Below, piece by piece: positions 40,301-53,480 of a stretch of DNA of 64,000 bases. The stretch comes from Auanema rhodensis (taxonomy: Eukaryota; Animalia; Nematoda). A program made the translations under genes and the position numbers. Each line of letters begins with the position of its first letter. Within the stretch, counting starts at the first letter, position 1. The stretch lies in the NCBI GenBank assembly GCA_964057225.1, contig OZ059900.1, positions 4,712,001-4,776,000 on the forward strand. The letters are read 5' to 3'. A model generated the notes under the pieces. It did no database searches and had not been told where the DNA came from. It worked only from the letters and a program-made list of their open reading frames with translations.

Positions 40301-43300
40301 AAATCCTTTAAGATAGTGTTTCTAGACTAATATAACCATGGGGACTTCATTAAATTTCACAGTATTCTTCTATCTTCAACGGTATCCGAGTTACAAATCA
40401 AGATCACTTTCTTTGGATACTTAGGTTGTATAGCTACCTGTTCACAAAAAATTGGACGTCTTGGTTACCATGCATCAAACCCATTAAGATTGTGTTTCTA
40501 GACTAATATGACCATGATGACTTCATTAAATTTCACAGTATTCTTCTATCTTCAACGGTATCCGAGTTACAAATCAAGATCACTTTCTTTGGATACTTAG
40601 GTGGTATAGCTACCTGTTCACAAAAAATTCGAAGTCTTGGTTACCATGCATCAAATCCTTTAAGATAGTGTTTCTAGACTAATATAACCATGGGGACTTC
40701 ATTAAATTTCACAGTATTCTTCTATCTTCAACGGTATCCGAGTTACAAATCAAGATCACTTTCTTTGGATACTTAGGTGGTATAGCTACTTTTTCACAAA
40801 AAATTGGAAGTCCTGGTTACCATGCATCAAACCCATTAAGATTGTGTTTCTAGACTAATATGACCATGGGAAATTCATTTAAGTTCACAGTATTCTTCTA
40901 TCTTTAACGGTATCCGAGTTACAAATCAAGATCACTTTCTTTGGATACTTAGGTGGTATAGCTACCTGTTCACAAAAAATTGGAAGTCCTGGTTACCATG
41001 CATCAAACCCATTAAGATTGTGTTTCTAGACTAATATGACCATGGGAAATTTATTTAAGTTCACAGTATTCTTTTATCTTCAACGGTATCCGAGTTACAA
41101 ATCAAGATCACTTTCTTTGGATACTTATGTGGTATAGCTACCTGTTCACAAAAAATTGGAAGTCTTGGTTACCATGCATCAAATCCTTTAAGATAGTGTT
41201 TCTAGACTAATATAACCATGGGGACTTCATCAAATTTCACAGTATTCTTCTATCTTTAACGGTATCCGAGTTACAAATCAAGATCACTTTCTTTGGATAC
41301 TTAGGTGGTATAGCTACCTGTTCACAAAAAATTGGAAGTCCTGGTTACCATGCATCAAACCCATTAAGATTGTGTTTCTAGACTAATATAACCATGGGAA
41401 ATTCATTTAAGTTCACAGTATTTTTCTATCTTTAACGGTATCCGAGTTACAAATCAAGATCACTTTCTTTGGATACTTAGGTGGTATAGCTACCTGTTCA
41501 CAAAAAATTGGAAGTCCTGGTTACCATGCATCAAACCCATTAAGATTGTGTTTCTAGACTAATATGACCATGGGAAATTCATTTAAGTTCACAGTATTCT
41601 TTTATCTTCAACGGTATCCGAGTTACAAATCAAGATCACTTTCTTTGGATACTTATGTGGTATAGCTACCTGTTCACAAAAAATTGGAAGTCCTGGTTAC
41701 CATGCATCAAACACAATACGATAGTGTTTCTAGACTAATATGACCATGAGAAATTCATTTAAGTTTACAGTATTCTTCTATCTTTAACGGTATCCGAGTT
41801 ACAAATCAAGATCACTTTCTTTGGATACTTAGGTGGTATAGCTACCTGTTCACAAAAAATTGGAAGTCTTGGTTACCATGCATCAAACACAATACGATAG
41901 TGTTTCTAGACTAATATGACCATGGGAAATTCATTTAAGTTCACAGTATTCTTTTATCTTTAACGGTATCCGAGTTACAAATCAAGATCACTTTCTTTGG
42001 ATACTTAGGTGGTATAGCTACCTGTTCACAAAAAATTGGAAGTCTTGGTTACCATGCATCAAATCCTTTGAGATAGTGTTTCTAGACTAATATAACCATG
42101 GGGACTTCATCAAATTTCACAGTATTCTTCTATCTTCAACGGTATCCGAGTTACAAATCAAGATCACTTTCTTTGGATACTTAGGTGGTATAGCTACCTG
42201 TTCACAAAAAATTGGAAGTCCTGGTTACCATGCATCAAACCCATTAAAATTGTGTTTCTAGACTAATATGACCATGGGAAATTCATTTAAGTTTACAGTA
42301 TTCTTCTATCTTTAACGGTATCCGAGTAACAAATCAAGATCATTTTCTTTGGATACTTAGGTGGTATAGCTACCTGTTCACAAAAAATTGGAAGTCCTGG
42401 TTACCATGCATCAAACCCATTAAAATTGTGTTTCTAGACTAATATGACCATGGGAAATTTATTTAAGTTCACAGTATTCTTTTATCTTCAACGGTATCCG
42501 AGTTACAAATCAAGATCACTTTCTTTGGATACTTAGGTGGTATAGCTACCTGTTCACAAAAAATTGGAAGTCCTGGTTACCTTGCATCAAACCCATTAAG
42601 ATTGTGTTTCTAGACTAATATGACCATGGGAAATTCATTTAAGTTCACAGTATTCTTTTATCTTTAACGGTATCCGAGTTACAAATCAAGATCACTTTCT
42701 TTGGATACTTAGGTGGTATAGCTACCTGTTCACAAAAAATTGGAAGTCTTGGTTACCATGCATCAAACACAATACGATAGTGTTTCTAGACTAATATGAC
42801 CATGAGAAATTCATTTAAGTTTACAGTATTCTTCTATCTTTAACGGTATCCGAGTTACAAATCAAGATCACTTTCTTTGGATACTTAGGTGGTATAGCTA
42901 CCTGTTCACAAAAAATTGGAAGTCTTGGTTACCATGCATCAAATCCTTTGAGATAGTGTTTCTAGACTAATATAACCATGGGGACTTCATCAAATTTCAC
43001 ACTATTCTTCTATCTTCAACGGTATCCGAGTTACAAATCAAGATCACTTTCTTTGGATACTTAGGTGGTATAGCTACCTGTTCACAAAAAATTGGAAGTC
43101 CTGGTTACCATGCATCAAACCCATTAAAATTGTGTTTCTAGACTAATATGACCATGGGAAATTCATTTAAGTTTACAGTATTCTTCTATCTTTAACGGTA
43201 TCCGAGTAACAAATCAAGATCACTTTCTTTGGATACTTAGGTGGTATAGCTACCTGTTCACAAAAAATTGGAAGTCCTGGTTACCATGCATCAAACCCAT

Positions 43301-44000
43301 TAAGATTGTGTTTCTAGACTAATATGACCATGGGAAATTTATTTAAGTTCACAGTATTCTTTTATCTTCAACGGTATCCGAGTTACAAATCAAGATCACT
43401 TTCTTTGGATACTTATGTGGTATAGCTACCTGTTCACAAAAAATTGGAAGTCTTGGTTACCATGCATCAAATCCTTTAAGATAGTGTTTCTAGACTAATA
43501 TAACCATGGGGACTTCATCAAACTTCACAGTATTCTTCTATCTTTAACGGTATCCGAGTTACAAATCAAGATCACTTTCTTTGGATACTTAGGTGGTATA
43601 GCTACCTGTTCACAAAAAATTGGAAGTCCTGGTTACCATGCATCAAACCCATTAAGATTGTGTTTCTAGACTAATATGACCATGGGAAATTCATTTAAGT
43701 TCACAGTATTCTTCTATCTTTAACGGTATCCGAGTTACAAATCAAGATCACTTTCTTTGGATACTTAGGTGGTATAGCTACCTGTTCACAAAAAATTGGA
43801 AGTCCTGGTTACCATGCATCAAACCCATTAAGATTGTGTTTCTAGACTAATATGACCATGGGAAATTCATTTAAGTTCACAGTATTCTTCTATCTTTAAC
43901 GGTATCCGAGTTACAAATCAAGATCACTTTCTTTGGATACTTAGGTGGTATAGCTACCTGTTCACAAAAAATTGGAAGTCCTGGTTACCATGCATCAAAC

Positions 44001-47000
44001 CCATTAAGATTGTGTTTCTAGACTAATATGACCATGGGAAATTTATTTAAGTTCACAGTATTCTTTTATCTTCAACGGTATCCGAGTTACAAATCAAGAT
44101 CACTTTCTTTGGATACTTATGTGGTATAGCTACCTGTTCACAAAAAATTGGAAGTCTTGGTTACCATGCATCAAATCCTTTAAGATAGTGTTTCTAGACT
44201 AATATAACCATGGGGACTTCATCAAACTTCACAGTATTCTTCTATCTTTAACGGTATCCGAGTTACAAATCAAGATCACTTTCTTTGGATACTTAGGTGG
44301 TATAGCTACCTGTTCACAAAAAATTGGAAGTCCTGGTTACCATGCATCAAACCCATTAAGATTGTGTTTCTACACTAATATGACCATGGGAAATTCATTT
44401 AAGTTCACAGTATTCTTCTATCTTTAACGGTATCCGAGTTACAAATCAAGATCACTTTCTTTGGATACTTAGGTGGTATAGCTACCTGTTCACAAAAAAT
44501 TGGAAGTCCTGGTTACCATGCATCAAACCCATTAAGATTGTGTTTCTAGACTAATATGACCATGGAAAATTTATTTAAGTTCACAGTATTCTTTTATCTT
44601 CAACGGTATCCGAGTTACAAATCAAGATCACTTTCTTTGGATACTTATGTGGTATAGCTACCTGTTCACAAAAAATTGGAAGTCTTGGTTACCATGCATC
44701 AAATCCTTTAAGATAGTGTTTCTAGACTAATATAACCATGGGGACTTCATCAAACTTCACAGTATTCTTCTATCTTTAACGGTATCCGAGTTACAAATCA
44801 AGATCACTTTCTTTGGATACTTAGGTGGTATAGCCACCTGTTCACAAAAAATTGGAAGTCCTGGTTACCATGCATCAAACCCATTAAGATTGTGTTTCTA
44901 GACTAATATGACCATGGGAAATTCATTTAAGTTCACAGTATTCTTCTATCTTTAACGGTATCCGAGTTACAAATCAAGATCACTTTCTTTGGATACTTAG
45001 GTGGTATGGCTACCTGTTCACAAAAAATTGGAAGTCCTGGTTACCATGCATCAAACCCATTAAGATTGTGTTTCTAGACTAATATGACCATGGGAAATTT
45101 ATTTAAGTTCACAGTATTCTTTTATCTTCAACGGTATCCGAGTTACAAATCAAGATCACTTTCTTTGGATACTTATGTGGTATAGCTACCTGTTCACAAA
45201 AAATTGGAAGTCTTGGTTACCATGCATCAAATCCTTTAAGATAGTGTTTCTAGACTAATATAACCATGGGGACTTCATCAAACTTCACAGTATTCTTCTA
45301 TCTTTAACGGTATCCGAGTTACAAATCAAGATCACTTTCTTTGGATACTTAGGTGGTATAGCTACCTGTTCACAAAAAATTGGAAGTCCTGGTTACCATG
45401 CATCAAACCCATTAAGATTGTGTTTCTAGACTAATATGACCATGGGAAATTTATTTAAGTTCACAGTATTCTTTTATCTTCAACGGTATCCGAGTTACAA
45501 ATCAAGATCACTTTCTTTGGATACTTATGTGGTATAGCTACCTGTTCACAAAAAATTGGAAGTCTTGGTTACCATGCATCAAATCCTTTAAGATAGTGTT
45601 TCTAGACTAATATAACCATGGGGACTTCATCAAACTTCACAGTATTCTTCTATCTTTAACGGTATCCGAGTTACAAATCAAGATCACTTTCTTTGGATAC
45701 TTAGGTGGTATAGCTACCTGTTCACAAAAAATTGGAAGTCTTGGTTACCATGCATCAAACCCATTAAAATTGTGTTTCTAGACTAATATGACCATGGGAA
45801 ATTTATTTAAGTTCACAGTATTCTTTTATCTTCAACGGTATCCGAGTTACAAATCAAGATCACTTTCTTTGGATACTTAGGTGGTATAGCTACCTGTTCA
45901 CAAAAAATTGGAAGTCCTGGTTACCATGCATCAAACCCATTAAGATTGTGTTTCTAGACTAATATGACCATGGGAAATTTATTTAAGTTCACAGTATTCT
46001 TTTATCTTCAACGGTATCCGAGTTACAAATCAAGATCACTTTCTTTGGATACTTATGTGGTATAGCTACCTGTTCACAAAAAATTGGAAGTCTTGGTTAC
46101 CATGCATCAAATCCTTTAAGATAGTGTTTCTAGACTAATATAACCATGGGGACTTCATCAAACTTCACAGTATTCTTCTATCTTTAACGGTATCCGAGTT
46201 ACAAATCAAGATCACTTTCTTTGGATACTTAGGTGGTATAGCTACCTGTTCACAAAAAATTGGAAGTCTTGGTTACCATGCATCAAACCCATTAAAATTG
46301 TGTTTCTAGACTAATATGACCATGGGAAATTTATTTAAGTTCACAGTATTCTTTTATCTTCAACGGTATCCGAGTTACAAATCAAGATCACTTTCTTTGG
46401 ATACTTAGGTGGTATAGCTACCTGTTCACAAAAAATTGGAAGTCCTGGTTACCATGCATCAAACCCATTAAGATTGTGTTTCTAGACTAATATGACCATG
46501 GGAAATTTATTTAAGTTCACAGTATTCTTTTATCTTCAACGGTATCCGAGTTACAAATCAAGATCACTTTCTTTGGATACTTATGTGGTATAGCTACCTG
46601 TTCACAAAAAATTGGAAGTCTTGGTTACCATGCATCAAATCCTTTAAGATAGTGTTTCTAGACTAATATAACCATGGGGACTTCATCAAACTTCACAGTA
46701 TTCTTCTATCTTTAACGGTATCCGAGTTACAAATCAAGATCACTTTCTTTGGATACTTAGGTGGTATAGCTACCTGTTCACAAAAAATTGGAAGTCCTGG
46801 TTACCATGCATCAAACCCATTAAGATTGTGTTTCTAGACTAATATGACCATGGGAAATTTATTTAAGTTCACAGTATTCTTTTATCTTCAACGGTATCCG
46901 AGTTACAAATCAAGATCACTTTCTTTGGATACTTATGTGGTATAGCTACCTGTTCACAAAAAATTGGAAGTCTTGGTTACCATGCATCAAATCCTTTAAG

Positions 47001-50000
47001 ATAGTGTTTCTAGACTAATATAACCATGGGGACTTCATCAAACTTCACAGTATTCTTCTATCTTTAACGGTATCCGAGTTACAAATCAAGATCACTTTCT
47101 TTGGATACTTAGGTGGTATAGCTACCTGTTCACAAAAAATTGGAAGTCCTGGTTACCATGCATCAAACCCATTAAGATTGTGTTTCTAGACTAATATGAC
47201 CATGGGAAATTTATTTAAGTTCACAGTATTCTTTTATCTTCAACGGTATCCGAGTTACAAATCAAGATCACTTTCTTTGGATACTTATGTGGTATAGCTA
47301 CCTGTTCACAAAAAATTGGAAGTCTTGGTTACCATGCATCAAATCCTTTAAGATAGTGTTTCTAGACTAATATAACCATGGGGACTTCATCAAACTTCAC
47401 AGTATTCTTCTATCTTTAACGGTATCCGAGTTACAAATCAAGATCACTTTCTTTGGATACTTAGGTGGTATAGCTACCTGTTCACAAAAAATTGGAAGTC
47501 CTGGTTACCATGCATCAAACCCATTAAGATTGTGTTTCTAGACTAATATGACCATGGGAAATTCATTTAAGTTCACAGTATTCTTCTATCTTTAACGGTA
47601 TCCGAGTTACAAATCAAGATCACTTTCTTTGGATACTTAGGTGGTATAGCTACCTGTTCACAAAAAATTGGAAGTCCTGGTTACCATGCATCAAACCCAT
47701 TAAGATTGTGTTTCTAGACTAATATGACCATGGGAAATTTATTTAAGTTCACAGTATTCTTTTATCTTCAACGGTATCCGAGTTACAAATCAAGATCACT
47801 TTCTTTGGATACTTATGTGGTATAGCTACCTGTTCACAAAAAATTGGAAGTCTTGGTTACCATGCATCAAATCCTTTAAGATAGTGTTTCTAGACTAATA
47901 TAACCATGGGGACTTCATCAAACTTCACAGTATTCTTCTATCTTTAACGGTATCCGAGTTACAAATCAAGATCACTTTCTTTGGATACTTAGGTGGTATA
48001 GCTACCTGTTCACAAAAAATTGGAAGTCCTGGTTACCATGCATCAAACCCATTAAGATTGTGTTTCTAAACTAATATGACCATGGGAAATTCATTTAAGT
48101 TCACAGTATTCTTCTATCTTTAACGGTATCCGAGTTACAAATCAAGATCACTTTCTTTGGATACTTAGGTGGTATGGCTACCTGTTCACAAAAAATTGGA
48201 AGTCCTGGTTACCATGCATCAAACCCATTAAGATTGTGTTTCTAGACTAATATGACCATGGGAAATTTATTTAAGTTCACAGTATTCTTTTATCTTCAAC
48301 GGTATCCGAGTTACAAATCAAGATCACTTTCTTTGGATACTTATGTGGTATAGCTACCTGTTCACAAAAAATTGGAAGTCTTGGTTACCATGCATCAAAT
48401 CCTTTAAGATAGTGTTTCTAGACTAATATGACCATGGGAAATTTATTTAAGTTCACAGTATTCTTTTATCTTCAACGGTATCCGAGTTACAAATCAAGAT
48501 CACTTTCTTTGGATACTTATGTGGTATAGCTACCTGTTCACAAAAAATTGGAAGTCTTGGTTACCATGCATCAAATCCTTTAAGATAGTGTTTCTAGACT
48601 AATATAACCATGGGGACTTCATCAAACTTCACAGTATTCTTCTATCTTTAACGGTATCCGAGTTACAAATCAAGATCACTTTCTTTGGATACTTAGGTGG
48701 TATAGCTACCTGTTCACAAAAAATTGGAAGTCCTGGTTACCATGCATCAAACCCATTAAGATTGTGTTTCTACACTAATATGACCATGGGAAATTCATTT
48801 AAGTTCACAGTATTCTTCTATCTTTAACGGTATCCGAGTTACAAATCAAGATCACTTTCTTTGGATACTTAGGTGGTATAGCTACCTGTTCACAAAAAAT
48901 TGGAAGTCCTGGTTACCATGCATCAAACCCATTAAGATTGTGTTTCTAGACTAATATGACCATGGGAAATTTATTTAAGTTCACAGTATTCTTTTATCTT
49001 CAACGGTATCCGAGTTACAAATCAAGATCACTTTCTTTGGATACTTATGTGGTATAGCTACCTGTTCACAAAAAATTGGAAGTCTTGGTTACCATGCATC
49101 AAATCCTTTAAGATAGTGTTTCTAGACTAATATAACCATGGGGACTTCATCAAACTTCACAGTATTCTTCTATCTTTAACGGTATCCGAGTTACAAATCA
49201 AGATCACTTTCTTTGGATACTTAGGTGGTATAGCTACCTGTTCACAAAAAATTGGAAGTCCTGGTTACCATGCATCAAACCCATTAAGATTGTGTTTCTA
49301 GACTAATATGACCATGGGAAATTCATTTAAGTTCACAGTATTCTTCTATCTTTAACGGTATCCGAGTTACAAATCAAGATCACTTTCTTTGGATACTTAG
49401 GTGGTATGGCTACCTGTTCACAAAAAATTGGAAGTCCTGGTTACCATGCATCAAACCCATTAAGATTGTGTTTCTAGACTAATATGACTATGGGAAATTT
49501 ATTTAAGTTCACAGTATTCTTTTATCTTCAACGGTATCCGAGTTACAAATCAAGATCACTTTCTTTGGATACTTATGTGGTATAGCTACCTGTTCACAAA
49601 AAATTGGAAGTCTTGGTTACCATGCATCAAATCCTTTAAGATAGTGTTTCTAGACTAATATAACCATGGGGACTTCATCAAACTTCACAGTATTCTTCTA
49701 TCTTTAACGGTATCCGAGTTACAAATCAAGATCACTTTCTTTGGATACTTAGGTGGTATAGCTACCTGTTCACAAAAAATTGGAAGTCCTGGTTACCATG
49801 CATCAAACCCATTAAGATTGTGTTTCTAGACTAATATGACCATGGGAAATTTATTTAAGTTCACAGTATTCTTTTATCTTCAACGGTATCCGAGTTACAA
49901 ATCAAGATCACTTTCTTTGGATACTTATGTGGTATAGCTACCTGTTCACAAAAAATTGGAAGTCTTGGTTACCATGCATCAAATCCTTTAAGATAGTGTT

Positions 50001-50650
50001 TCTAGACTAATATAACCATGGGGACTTCATCAAACTTCACAGTATTCTTCTATCTTTAACGGTATCCGAGTTACAAATCAAGATCACTTTCTTTGGATAC
50101 TTAGGTGGTATAGCTACCTGTTCACAAAAAATTGGAAGTCTTGGTTACCATGCATCAAACCCATTAAAATTGTGTTTCTAGACTAATATGACCATGGGAA
50201 ATTTATTTAAGTTCACAGTATTCTTTTATCTTCAACGGTATCCGAGTTACAAATCAAGATCACTTTCTTTGGATACTTAGGTGGTATAGCTACCTGTTCA
50301 CAAAAAATTGGAAGTCCTGGTTACCATGCATCAAACCCATTAAGATTGTGTTTCTAGACTAATATGACCATGGGAAATTTATTTAAGTTCACAGTATTCT
50401 TTTATCTTCAACGGTATCCGAGTTACAAATCAAGATCACTTTCTTTGGATACTTATGTGGTATAGCTACCTGTTCACAAAAAATTGGAAGTCTTGGTTAC
50501 CATGCATCAAATCCTTTAAGATAGTGTTTCTAGACTAATATAACCATGGGGACTTCATCAAACTTCACAGTATTCTTCTATCTTTAACGGTATCCGAGTT
50601 ACAAATCAAGATCACTTTCTTTGGATACTTAGGTGGTATAGCTACCTGTT
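44001..50650. repeat. Block duplication at 4400-bp (25-monomer) spacing: ~44020-46250 repeated at ~48420-50650
   Basis: ctaCact 44373/48773, gtatGgc 45008/49408 and ccattaaAat 45768/50168 are all 4400 bp apart. Confidence 0.85.
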
Positions 50651-53480
50651 CACAAAAAATTGGAAGTCCTGGTTACCATGCATCAAACCCATTAAGATTG
50701 TGTTTCTAGACTAATATGACCATGGGAAATTTATTTAAGTTCACAGTATTCTTTTATCTTCAACGGTATCCGAGTTACAAATCAAGATCACTTTCTTTGG
50801 ATACTTATGTGGTATAGCTACCTGTTCACAAAAAATTGGAAGTCTTGGTTACCATGCATCAAATCCTTTAAGATAGTGTTTCTAGACTAATATAACCATG
50901 GGGACTTCATCAAACTTCACAGTATTCTTCTATCTTTAACGGTATCCGAGTTACAAATCAAGATCACTTTCTTTGGATACTTAGGTGGTATAGCTACCTG
51001 TTCACAAAAAATTGGAAGTCTTGGTTACCATGCATCAAACACAATACGATAGTGTTTCTAGACTAATATGACCATGGGAAATTCATTTAAGTTCACAGTA
51101 TTCTTTTATCTTTAACGGTATCCGAGTTACAAATCAAGATCACTTTCTTTGGATACTTAGGTGGTATAGCTACCTGTTCACAAAAAATTGGAAGTCTTGG
51201 TTACCATGCATCAAACCCATTAAAATTGTGTTTCTAGACTAATATGACCATGGGAAATTTATTTAAGTTCACAGTATTCTTTTATCTTCAACGGTATCCG
51301 AGTTACAAATCAAGATCACTTTCTTTGGATACTTAGGTGGTATAGCTACCTGTTCACAAAAAATTGGAAGTCCTGGTTACCATGCATCAAACCCATTAAG
51401 ATTGTGTTTCTAGACTAATATGACCATGGGAAATTTATTTAAGTTCACAGTATTCTTTTATCTTCAACGGTATCCGAGTTACAAATCAAGATCACTTTCT
51501 TTGGATACTTATGTGGTATAGCTACCTGTTCACAAAAAATTGGAAGTCTTGGTTACCATGCATCAAATCCTTTAAGATAGTGTTTCTAGACTAATATAAC
51601 CATGGGGACTTCATCAAACTTCACAGTATTCTTCTATCTTTAACGGTATCCGAGTTACAAATCAAGATCACTTTCTTTGGATACTTAGGTGGTATAGCTA
51701 CCTGTTCACAAAAAATTGGAAGTCCTGGTTACCATGCATCAAACCCATTAAGATTGTGTTTCTAGACTAATATGACCATGGGAAATTTATTTAAGTTCAC
51801 AGTATTCTTTTATCTTCAACGGTATCCGAGTTACAAATCAAGATCACTTTCTTTGGATACTTATGTGGTATAGCTACCTGTTCACAAAAAATTGGAAGTC
51901 TTGGTTACCATGCATCAAATCCTTTAAGATAGTGTTTCTAGACTAATATAACCATGGGGACTTCATCAAACTTCACAGTATTCTTCTATCTTTAACGGTA
52001 TCCGAGTTACAAATCAAGATCACTTTCTTTGGATACTTAGGTGGTATAGCTACCTGTTCACAAAAAATTGGAAGTCCTGGTTACCATGCATCAAACCCAT
52101 TAAGATTGTGTTTCTAGACTAATATGACCATGGGAAATTTATTTAAGTTCACAGTATTCTTTTATCTTCAACGGTATCCGAGTTACAAATCAAGATCACT
52201 TTCTTTGGATACTTATGTGGTATAGCTACCTGTTCACAAAAAATTGGAAGTCTTGGTTACCATGCATCAAATCCTTTAAGATAGTGTTTCTAGACTAATA
52301 TAACCATGGGGACTTCATCAAACTTCACAGTATTCTTCTATCTTTAACGGTATCCGAGTTACAAATCAAGATCACTTTCTTTGGATACTTAGGTGGTATA
52401 GCTACCTGTTCACAAAAAATTGGAAGTCTTGGTTACCATGCATCAAACACAATACGATAGTGTTTCTAGACTAATATGACCATGGGAAATTCATTTAAGT
52501 TCACAGTATTCTTTTATCTTTAACGGTATCCGAGTTACAAATCAAGATCACTTTCTTTGGATACTTAGGTGGTATAGCTACCTGTTCACAAAAAATTGGA
52601 AGTCTTGGTTACCATGCATCAAACCCATTAAAATTGTGTTTCTAGACTAATATGACCATGGGAAATTTATTTAAGTTCACAGTATTCTTTTATCTTCAAC
52701 GGTATCCGAGTTACAAATCAAGATCACTTTCTTTGGATACTTAGGTGGTATAGCTACCTGTTCACAAAAAATTGGAAGTCCTGGTTACCATGCATCAAAC
52801 CCATTAAGATTGTGTTTCTAGACTAATATGACCATGGGAAATTTATTTAAGTTCACAGTATTCTTTTATCTTCAACGGTATCCGAGTTACAAATCAAGAT
52901 CACTTTCTTTGGATACTTATGTGGTATAGCTACCTGTTCACAAAAAATTGGAAGTCTTGGTTACCATGCATCAAATCCTTTAAGATAGTGTTTCTAGACT
53001 AATATAACCATGGGGACTTCATCAAACTTCACAGTATTCTTCTATCTTTAACGGTATCCGAGTTACAAATCAAGATCACTTTCTTTGGATACTTAGGTGG
53101 TATAGCTACCTGTTCACAAAAAATTGGAAGTCCTGGTTACCATGCATCAAACCCATTAAGATTGTGTTTCTAGACTAATATGACCATGGGAAATTTATTT
53201 AAGTTCACAGTATTCTTTTATCTTCAACGGTATCCGAGTTACAAATCAAGATCACTTTCTTTGGATACTTATGTGGTATAGCTACCTGTTCACAAAAAAT
53301 TGGAAGTCTTGGTTACCATGCATCAAATCCTTTAAGATAGTGTTTCTAGACTAATATAACCATGGGGACTTCATCAAACTTCACAGTATTCTTCTATCTT
53401 TAACGGTATCCGAGTTACAAATCAAGATCACTTTCTTTGGATACTTAGGTGGTATAGCTACCTGTTCACAAAAAATTGGA
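50337..53480. repeat. Tandem 8-monomer (1408 bp) duplication
   Basis: The rare acaatacgatag head is at 51041 and 52449 (1408 apart), each followed by a ccattaaAat monomer. Flanking monomer order matches. Confidence 0.82.

Larger units (their letters stand above)
1..40832. repeat. Satellite domain A (232 monomers) with irregular higher-order repeats
   Basis: Monomers carry atgaccatgATgacttcatt or ataaccatggggacttcatt bodies, tails ttCgaagtctt / tggaCgtctt / tggaagtcct, and aaattaacag variants. These signatures essentially vanish after 40832. Confidence 0.93.
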
